From the IMG/VR virus record IMGVR_UViG_3300032799_000664, positions 66,446 to 130,445 of that record: a stretch of DNA of 64,000 bases. One strand, given 5' to 3'. Positions within the stretch are counted from its first letter, which is position 1; each line of letters opens with the position of its first letter. Both the position numbers and the translations under genes were made by a program. Under the pieces are notes generated by a model. That model was given only the letters and a program-made list of their open reading frames with translations. It was not told the DNA's origin and made no database searches. This document shows, piece by piece, positions 57,467 through 64,000 of the stretch. The stretch is from a virus.

Positions 57467-57703
57467 ATGGCACGCATCGAATACCCCTCGATCAAGGACG
57501 CAGCGGCGGAAGTACTCCGCACCGTCGCAGCCGAGGGCATGATCAAGCATGCCGAGCGCCAGCTACTGCACGCTGCCGTTCAGCCCAGCAGTGATGTCAC
57601 CGACAGTCTCCGCAAGCTGGCGACCGAACTTCAGGACGTGGATGATGACCCGGAGATCACCTACGCCGATCTCCACACCTTCGTGACGCGATGCCACAGG
57701 TGA
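57467..57703 (+). CDS. hypothetical protein
   Basis: 78 aa; IKDAA, IKHA, RKLA. Confidence 0.7.
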   Translation: MARIEYPSIKDAAAEVLRTVAAEGMIKHAERQLLHAAVQPSSDVTDSLRKLATELQDVDDDPEITYADLHTFVTRCHR

Positions 57704-57855
57704 CCACCCCCCAGACGAACCTCCGCAAGCTGGCCGCAGAACTGCGCCAGAAAGCGGACGAGCACGACCAAGCCAAGCTCGTCAAGAGCGCGCTGTGGGT
57801 GCGGAGCATCGTCGGGCTGACGCTGATGAAGCGGAAGCTCGGGAGGAATGGCTGA
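57700..57855 (+). CDS. small hypothetical protein (51 aa, absent from the ORF track)
   Basis: GTGA-coupled start, TGATG-coupled stop; MTTPQTNLRKLAAELRQKADEHDQAKLVKSA... Confidence 0.7.
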   Translation: MTTPQTNLRKLAAELRQKADEHDQAKLVKSALWVRSIVGLTLMKRKLGRNG

Positions 57856-58265
57856 TGTCCAGCGAACTGATGCGGCGGACCGCCGCGGTTCTCGAGAAGA
57901 CCGCCGACTACCTTGACGCGGAAGACCAGCGTCAACGTGATGTCGTCCGCACCGAACGGCGCCAGGTCGCCCAGACGCTGAGCGAGAAGTACGCCGCCGC
58001 CACCGGCGAAGAACTACCGCCGGGCAGCGTCGAAAAGCTCGCAGCGTCCGACAAGGACCTGCTCACCATCTTCGAGAAGATCGCCGCACGCACCACGGGC
58101 ACTGCCAATGGCGCCCCCGATGACATGGGCACCCCGAGCGATCGCAGTGACCGCAACGACCGCGGCACCCCGGCGCCCGCGACCGGCAAGTACCACGATG
58201 GTCAAGAAAAGCGCGCCGCGGTCGAAGACGCCGACGCGCGTTTCGTCGACTGGATCAACAGCTGA
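57855..58265 (+). CDS. probable scaffolding-type protein
   Basis: GGAGG RBS; EKTA, EKYAA, EKLAA, EKIAA, EKRAA; just upstream of the capsid genes. Confidence 0.65.
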   Translation: MSSELMRRTAAVLEKTADYLDAEDQRQRDVVRTERRQVAQTLSEKYAAATGEELPPGSVEKLAASDKDLLTIFEKIAARTTGTANGAPDDMGTPSDRSDRNDRGTPAPATGKYHDGQEKRAAVEDADARFVDWINS

Positions 58266-58315
58266 CAGGCTGAAACGGAGGGTCGCCCCCTCGTTCGACA
58301 AGGAGAAAGACCGAC

Positions 58316-58780
58316 ATGTCGCTGCTCAACTCGAAGTTCGACATCCTCCGCGGCTACCCGAACGGCAGTGCGCTGACGTGGCCGTTCCCCATCAAGACCG
58401 CCGGCTCGCCGCCCGTTCCGGTGGCCCTGCCCGGAGGCACCATCGTCACCCAGGAGCTGCAAGCGGGGCAGACGGTGGTCGACAAGGCCACCAGCCCGAA
58501 CATCACCTCGGCGAACCCCAAGGAGCCGTGGCTGGTGGTCGAAGGCAACGACGACTTCTCCGGCCAGTTCGTCGGGAAGTGCGCCTGCGCCAAGCTGGGC
58601 TCGGGGATCATCTTCGAGACCGACCAGTACGACACGGGCACCTACACGCCCGGCGTGCCGGTCACGATGAACGCCGGCAAGATCGCCTCGCTGGCCACCC
58701 CCGATGCCACGAAGCAGATCATCGGCTTCGTGCTCGAGGACCGCACGGCGACCAAGGGCACCGTGGTGGTGTCCGCCTAG
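58316..58780 (+). CDS. probable head decoration/cement protein
   Basis: 154 aa, beta-rich, directly before the major capsid gene; strongly biased codons. Confidence 0.6.
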   Translation: MSLLNSKFDILRGYPNGSALTWPFPIKTAGSPPVPVALPGGTIVTQELQAGQTVVDKATSPNITSANPKEPWLVVEGNDDFSGQFVGKCACAKLGSGIIFETDQYDTGTYTPGVPVTMNAGKIASLATPDATKQIIGFVLEDRTATKGTVVVSA

Positions 58781-58866
58781 CGGACGCGAGGGCGACCCGC
58801 ACGTAGTAGAACGTAGCATTGAGCGCACCGGGCCGACCCGGGCGTAGAAAGAGTTCGGAGGGAAAG

Positions 58867-59784
58867 ATGCCCGCGTACCAGACTGAGACCAAAGAGGTCG
58901 CGGCCCAGCTCATCAACTCGAACTTCGTCCGGAAGCTCGAAGAGGGCCGGGTCAAGGAAGCACAGGACGAGGGGTCGGCCTTCATTCGCACGAAGGTCCG
59001 TCAGGAGTCCTTCGCCCGCGAAATCATCAACCCGATTCTCCTCGCAGACGACGAGATCGACCGTGACGAGAACACGGACCAGCCCAAGAAGATCGTGGAG
59101 AAGGAACCCGACTCGGTCGCGACCTTCGTCACCTTCCAGGGCGCCGGCCCCCGCACCTGGTTCCGCGGCCCCCGCTACGCCGTGAAGTTCGGCAAGACGG
59201 AGAGCCAGCGGTTCACCAAGAACAAGTGGGAGCTGATGACGTACCAGAACGACATCCGCAAGATCCTCTCCGACAACTCGGTGAAGGACATGGCGGACCA
59301 GGAGGACAAGAAGTTCGTCGAGACGATCGACGCCCTGGTCGCGCTGAATGCGGCGGTCCAGCTGACCGCGGCCCCCGCCTTCAACAGCACCGCCTTCCGC
59401 ACCTGCTTCCAGGCGATGCTCGCGCGGCGGCAGCCGGTCGGCAAGATCCTGATGACCAAGCAGCTCTACTACGAGTCTCTCGACCTGCCGGCGACCATGG
59501 TCGGCGACGACATCGCGTCGCGCCACTACGACCAGGGCATCGAGGCCGAAGAGAAGCTGTGGGGCATGCCGGTCGTCTCGACGATGAAGTCGGACATCCT
59601 CAACCCGAAGAAGTTCTACGTCTTCGCGCCGGAGAACTTCCTGGGGAACTTCTTCCTGCTGCAGGACGCCACGCTGTACATCAAGCAGGAAGCCGACGTC
59701 ATCGAGTTCTGGTCGTACGCGGCCCCAGGCATCGGCATCGGCAACACGATCGCGTTCCAGGTCGGCGCGCTCCCCGGCGCGTAG
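58867..59784 (+). CDS. major capsid protein
   Basis: 305 aa from MPAYQTE; GGAGGG RBS; near-exclusive G/C3 codons; RQESFAREI, EDKKF, LWGMPVV, GIGIGN; position after protease/scaffold/decoration genes. Confidence 0.78.
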   Translation: MPAYQTETKEVAAQLINSNFVRKLEEGRVKEAQDEGSAFIRTKVRQESFAREIINPILLADDEIDRDENTDQPKKIVEKEPDSVATFVTFQGAGPRTWFRGPRYAVKFGKTESQRFTKNKWELMTYQNDIRKILSDNSVKDMADQEDKKFVETIDALVALNAAVQLTAAPAFNSTAFRTCFQAMLARRQPVGKILMTKQLYYESLDLPATMVGDDIASRHYDQGIEAEEKLWGMPVVSTMKSDILNPKKFYVFAPENFLGNFFLLQDATLYIKQEADVIEFWSYAAPGIGIGNTIAFQVGALPGA

Positions 59785-59801
59785 ACCAGCGCGAGCACCA
59801 C

Positions 59802-59848
59802 GTACCCGACGCAGCCCTGCGCTTCGGCATAGGGCTGTCGTCGCGTAC
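59802..59848 (+). terminator. cUUCGg-capped hairpin after the capsid gene (terminator or stabiliser)
   Basis: GTAC.CGACGCAGCCCTGCGC-TTCG-GCATAGGGCTG.CGTCG.GTAC. Confidence 0.55.
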
Positions 59849-59859
59849 CGGAGGCCGAC

Positions 59860-60333
59860 ATGGTCAAGTATCGTCTGACGTGGCAGGGCACTGGCGCCCT
59901 CGACCTGTCCCAGGTCGCGGATGAGACTGGCATGCCGGTGCTCTTCACTCGACCCGGCGACAGCGTCATCATCACCGCCGGGACGTTCCAGCATCCCTTC
60001 GTCCAGAGCTACCTCAGCAACGGACTGCAGGCGGAGCGTCTTGGAGCCGTCATCGAGCCGGCGTCCACACCGCTGAAGCTGGCCGCACCACCGTCCCCGG
60101 AACTGCCGCCACCGCTGCCGCCACCGCCACCACCCCCGGAACCGCTGCCAGTTGCGCCCTCAGCTCCTCCGACTGAGGTCGCAGTACCGACACCGAAACC
60201 CGAAGCTCCGATCCCGGAACCCGAAGCACCGGCAGTGGAGTCAACCGTAGACTCGGCCGTGCCGGCATCCGAAGTCAGTGAGGAACCGACGAGAGGACGC
60301 GGTGGCCGCGTTCCACGTGGACGCGCCCGCTGA
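59860..60333 (+). CDS. hypothetical protein with Pro-rich tail
   Basis: 157 aa; GGAGG RBS. Confidence 0.75.
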   Translation: MVKYRLTWQGTGALDLSQVADETGMPVLFTRPGDSVIITAGTFQHPFVQSYLSNGLQAERLGAVIEPASTPLKLAAPPSPELPPPLPPPPPPPEPLPVAPSAPPTEVAVPTPKPEAPIPEPEAPAVESTVDSAVPASEVSEEPTRGRGGRVPRGRAR

Positions 60334-60357
60334 GGCTTCGTCGCCAGTCGCCACCGA

Positions 60358-60398
60358 GGGCGCGTGTGGGCCATTGAGCTCCACGCGCCCTTTTCTTT
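60358..60398 (+). terminator. intrinsic terminator
   Basis: GGGCGCGTG...CACGCGCCC followed by TTTTCTTT. Confidence 0.8.
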
Positions 60399-60433
60399 AC
60401 GTCGTAAAGCACGACCATCAACATGGACACGAC

Positions 60434-60652
60434 ATGCAAGAAATCACGGACATCAACCTGGCTACCTTCATCAAAGTCGTGAAAGGCATCCCACTCGCTG
60501 GGCATCGCTTCAACGGCCACCAGTTGTGCCTCCAGTTCGAAATCGACGCCGAGAACCTGAAGCTGTACGAACGCGAGTACATGAACTCGACGTACGCCGA
60601 CTACGACGCCACGAAACGGAACCTCGTCCGCCTGCTCAAGCGCGGGAAGTGA
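60434..60652 (+). CDS. small DUF5659-like protein
   Basis: MQEITDINLATFIK...FEI...YMNS; 72 aa. Confidence 0.55.
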   Translation: MQEITDINLATFIKVVKGIPLAGHRFNGHQLCLQFEIDAENLKLYEREYMNSTYADYDATKRNLVRLLKRGK

Positions 60653-60680
60653 TACGCTGTGACAGAGACAGAGACGAACA

Positions 60681-62270
60681 ATGTGGCTGCAAACCACCAA
60701 GCTGAGTACATCCCCTCCAGTCCCAGCCGGAGGAGGCTGGATCTATGTCTATGACATCCAGGGTCGGAACGGAGTAGTTGTCAGTGCGCAGACCTACCAA
60801 GATACTGGCAACAACGTCCTCCAGACCTGCACAGCCTCTGGCAACGACTTGCGGGTGTACCTGCGGGCCAGTTATCCCCTGGTGAACGTCCATGGCGTGG
60901 CCGGCACTCTTACACGCGCCCCTGACTCTGGGTTCTATACCGGCTACGTCGATATCACGCTGACTGCCGCCGGAAACATCATCGCCAAGGTCACCACTCC
61001 CGACAGCACCGAAGGCCCGCATGACACTGTCATTGTCGCCGTGGAGATCGCCCCGGCGATCCTCACCCTGAGTTTCATTGGCGGCTACCCGGGATCAGAG
61101 ACCGAGCTCAAGGCGGGAGATGCTTTTCAGATCCATGGCACCACTGATCGTCTTTGCGTAGGCGTCGAAATTCTCGACTTCGAGGCATGCCAACACGCGG
61201 TACTGACTTTCGCCTCGACCACATCGTTCACCGTGGCCGGGGTGATCGCCGACCGCGGCACCGCCGCCGTAGCACGACCAGCACGATTGCGCGCCCGCAA
61301 CGCTGCAGGAGCCTACGGAGCAACCCGCGACACCAACTCTGGTGGCGGCTCCGTCGACGGCACCGACGTAGTGAAGTGCAACAACCTGCATCCAACCGTG
61401 ACGTTCGGAACGATCACCTACCCGACTGGCCAGACGGCACTCAAGAACTCCGAGTCGGCCTCTGTCGTCGTCGTGACGGCCAACTTGGATACGATTCTCT
61501 ACGACAGCCCCAACAGTCAGTTGGCGATCGTCGACCCTACGACCATCGGGTCGCCCAAGATTGTGACCCGCATCGCCGGGAACTACAACGTCGCCATGAA
61601 CAACCTGCGAGCAGAAGCCGTCCGGTCGGCGAACGATGCCCACACTGTCTCGCAGACGGTGGTCCGCATCGCGCACATAGCGGCCGTCATCGTAGTGACG
61701 GAACCTTATGCACGCCTGCGAGCCGGCAACCCCAACGGAGACTACACCTGCTCGATCTCCAGTGATCAGGAGCTCCCAGCAGCTCCGTCACTACTCTCGT
61801 CGGCCAACCCCAACTCGGGCGTGCTGCAGGGTGCAGGTTGGGTAGGTGGCCTGCTGCTCTATACCAGGGTCATGCGCGTAACGCCTACGGACATCCCTGG
61901 CACCTATGGTTGGCGCGATCTGTCGGCGACCAATCGGGCGGGGATCGTCACTACCTCCATCACCGGAGATGCGAACTACGTCATCGGGGGCTTCACCGCT
62001 CGCAGTGTGACATTCCCTGCGTTCAGCCAGACTACTCTCCTGGGAGTTGCCGTCATCGACTATGCGAAGTTGAGGGCTGGCATCTTCACGGCGACCAATC
62101 AGCCGTCGATCAAGAATCCAACGCTAGGCAACCACGCCGATCTGCTGAACACGTACACCATCGAAGCGCTGGGAGTGAACCCGACGACGGTCTTCTGGAA
62201 CGATCTCGCTGCGGCCAACGCGAACAGTAGCGGCACGGCACAGCTGCTCGACATCGAAGAGCTAGTCTGA
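60681..62270 (+). CDS. beta-rich (Ig-like) virion structural protein
   Basis: 529 aa, Thr/Gly/Val-rich; follows the capsid module. Confidence 0.65.
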   Translation: MWLQTTKLSTSPPVPAGGGWIYVYDIQGRNGVVVSAQTYQDTGNNVLQTCTASGNDLRVYLRASYPLVNVHGVAGTLTRAPDSGFYTGYVDITLTAAGNIIAKVTTPDSTEGPHDTVIVAVEIAPAILTLSFIGGYPGSETELKAGDAFQIHGTTDRLCVGVEILDFEACQHAVLTFASTTSFTVAGVIADRGTAAVARPARLRARNAAGAYGATRDTNSGGGSVDGTDVVKCNNLHPTVTFGTITYPTGQTALKNSESASVVVVTANLDTILYDSPNSQLAIVDPTTIGSPKIVTRIAGNYNVAMNNLRAEAVRSANDAHTVSQTVVRIAHIAAVIVVTEPYARLRAGNPNGDYTCSISSDQELPAAPSLLSSANPNSGVLQGAGWVGGLLLYTRVMRVTPTDIPGTYGWRDLSATNRAGIVTTSITGDANYVIGGFTARSVTFPAFSQTTLLGVAVIDYAKLRAGIFTATNQPSIKNPTLGNHADLLNTYTIEALGVNPTTVFWNDLAAANANSSGTAQLLDIEELV

Positions 62271-62782
62271 TGTCAGCTTTCGAGACCTTCGTCAATACCG
62301 AGCTGCCGCAGCGTGCGGTTATGCTCACTGCCTACAACACGGGCGGATACACCGGCGATCCTCGTGTCGCGACGTTGGACAAGATCAAGTTCGCGCCAAA
62401 GGGTACTTGGTTCATCGATGAAGCTACTGGCGACCTGTGGCAGAAGCTCATTCAGCTCGATCCAGCTGCTTGGGTCCAGCGAGCAACATCGTCGGCGCTG
62501 ACCGAAGCAACCCACCACGTCCTCGACGATCAAGTCCACAACCTGGCTGAGACGCACGTCAAGGAGATTACCAGGACTGTCGAGGGAGTCACAGAGGTCC
62601 TGTGTCGTACCGCAGGGTCAATTCCTATCCGCCGGATATTGCTCACGCGAGTCGCTGGAGTACTGACCCAGGTGGAGCGCATACAGTATAATGCTTCTGG
62701 TGTCGAGGTTCATCGAATGACAGGGGTCATCACACGGGCAGCCGGTAAGATCAGTTCGATAGCCTGGACCTACTCAGGGTGA
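62270..62782 (+). CDS. hypothetical structural protein
   Basis: 170 aa; TGATG coupling. Confidence 0.7.
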   Translation: MSAFETFVNTELPQRAVMLTAYNTGGYTGDPRVATLDKIKFAPKGTWFIDEATGDLWQKLIQLDPAAWVQRATSSALTEATHHVLDDQVHNLAETHVKEITRTVEGVTEVLCRTAGSIPIRRILLTRVAGVLTQVERIQYNASGVEVHRMTGVITRAAGKISSIAWTYSG

Positions 62783-62816
62783 GGGAAGACCTCCAGCCTA
62801 GAAAGCGACGGACATC

Positions 62817-63740
62817 ATGGCATGGGTAACATTCACCTGCTCGGGGACTCTGTTCCAGCAGACTTTGGCGGATCGCGCCGTGGCCAACGGTTGGGTGAGG
62901 AGTGAGGCCGGGTACGACTGGATCAAACCAGCGGCTTCCACCAACGTCGCCCTGGCGAGGATCACGCAGCTAGGCGCCATTCGGATCTATACCGAGGTTA
63001 GTGCCACCGGCTACCTCTACACCATCCTCGAACCCGCCGTCCGAGAATCCTACGATCTCGGGACGCATACGGGGATCGGCCTTGGCTGGACTGGCTGGGG
63101 CAACCCCATCTATTGGGCCGGCCGGTCGGAGAACGACTTGGCACGGGATTACACCTTCGAGGGTTGGATCGATTCCAACTGCATCTTCGGAAACGTGAAA
63201 CCCGACCCGTCGATCACAGCGGCCACCACGTTCCCGATCTTCTTCTGCGTCACCAAGGGATTCGACGGCGTGAACCGTCTGGTGGGGCTGGACATGCTCC
63301 CTTCCGGGGCGGCATACCGCTGCAATGCTCGGCTCATCTATGCCACGGACGCGCTCAACTACTGGAAGGCAGTGCAATCCGGCGGGCTCGGAGTCTGGGG
63401 GTTCGACAGCAAGGCTCGCCTGTCGAAGCTGTACGCCTTCCGTGGTGGGGTGCTCGTGGCGGATGCGATCAATCCAGCAGCCATCATCGCGAGCTTCGAG
63501 GATCCGGTGACGGGAATACCCTACGTCCTGTGCAGCGAGAGCCAGGGTGTCGAAGTCTACAACGACGAGTGCGTCCTGACCATCGGTGTCACGGACTACT
63601 ACTATCGGTGTCTCTACCCCACGCTGACGCCTCCGCACACGGTAATGATGACCAGCAAGTTCTCCAACTTCAACGCCATTGTCGCGCCTTCTCGCGTCGG
63701 CGTGGACAAGATACTGACCTACTGGGTGAGGAGAGCGTGA
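62817..63740 (+). CDS. hypothetical structural protein
   Basis: 307 aa; aromatic and beta-rich. Confidence 0.7.
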   Translation: MAWVTFTCSGTLFQQTLADRAVANGWVRSEAGYDWIKPAASTNVALARITQLGAIRIYTEVSATGYLYTILEPAVRESYDLGTHTGIGLGWTGWGNPIYWAGRSENDLARDYTFEGWIDSNCIFGNVKPDPSITAATTFPIFFCVTKGFDGVNRLVGLDMLPSGAAYRCNARLIYATDALNYWKAVQSGGLGVWGFDSKARLSKLYAFRGGVLVADAINPAAIIASFEDPVTGIPYVLCSESQGVEVYNDECVLTIGVTDYYYRCLYPTLTPPHTVMMTSKFSNFNAIVAPSRVGVDKILTYWVRRA

Positions 63741-63910
63741 TGACAAACTGCAACAAGTGTGCGAAGGAACTCGACGAGAGGGAGGTGGCAGCCTACTACG
63801 ACTTCCCACCGGGGACGAAGCAGCGTCTCTGTCAGGAGTGCTACGATCAGTACCGGGTTGCCTGCGCTGAGCAAGGGGTAACAGCCGAGGACGCGGAATG
63901 GGCTGGCTAG
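63740..63910 (+). CDS. small zinc-finger protein
   Basis: MTNCNKC...LCQEC; TGATG coupling. Confidence 0.6.
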   Translation: MTNCNKCAKELDEREVAAYYDFPPGTKQRLCQECYDQYRVACAEQGVTAEDAEWAG

Positions 63911-64000
63911 ACCCCGCGTGGGGCTATCGGAAGGCCCACTACGTCGAACCGGCAGCCGGAGCCGGCACGGACTACCAAGTGCGTGTGGTGGTGCACTTCG
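63898..64000 (+). CDS. 5' end of a DUF2341-like tail/fibre protein (truncated)
   Basis: MGWLDPAWGYRKAHYVEPAAGAGTDYQVRVVVHF; GAGG RBS. Confidence 0.55.
   Translation, partial: MGWLDPAWGYRKAHYVEPAAGAGTDYQVRVVVHF

Noticed and set aside
1-64000. Long antisense ORFs (e.g. 10927-12753, most of 30889-32199, 53047-54288, 58777-59994)
   Set aside because: Shadow frames of GC3-biased real genes with no recognisable motifs.
1-64000. tRNA/rRNA genes and stop-codon reassignment
   Set aside because: No tRNA cloverleaf with a T-loop consensus was seen in intergenic gaps; conserved genes read intact under the standard code and end in TAG, TGA or TAA.

Overview
GC-rich, densely coding 64-kb segment of a large (jumbo-type) tailed phage genome. 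The minus strand carries replication and nucleotide genes: a UDG-domain family A DNA polymerase, a primase-helicase, two PD-(D/E)XK nucleases, an SSB-like protein, ParB, a ThyX-like protein, an SNF2 helicase, MoxR AAA+ and a VWA metallopeptidase. The plus strand carries morphogenesis and virion genes: an intein-split terminase, portal, probable prohead protease, major capsid protein and tail/fibre-like proteins. It also carries a phage multisubunit RNA polymerase (beta fused to the N-half of beta', with the C-half of beta' 4.4 kb away), a sigma70 factor and a LigD-like ligase. The best candidate for an undescribed system is a retron-type reverse transcriptase (3056-4189). It overlaps Cys-rich genes on both sides, so it has no room for an adjacent msr-msd. 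About 8.4 kb upstream, apparently on the same strand, is a non-coding array (12549-13345) of 3-4 structured units with about 189-nt periodicity, covarying hairpins and a recurrent ACTTCGTT motif. The link between RT and array is an inference. Other notable signals are a pervasive K-x-A motif in virion-region proteins, convergent genes sharing CTAG stop palindromes, and a structured leader at 34.6-34.8 kb. All product calls come from motif recognition by eye; no database searches were run.
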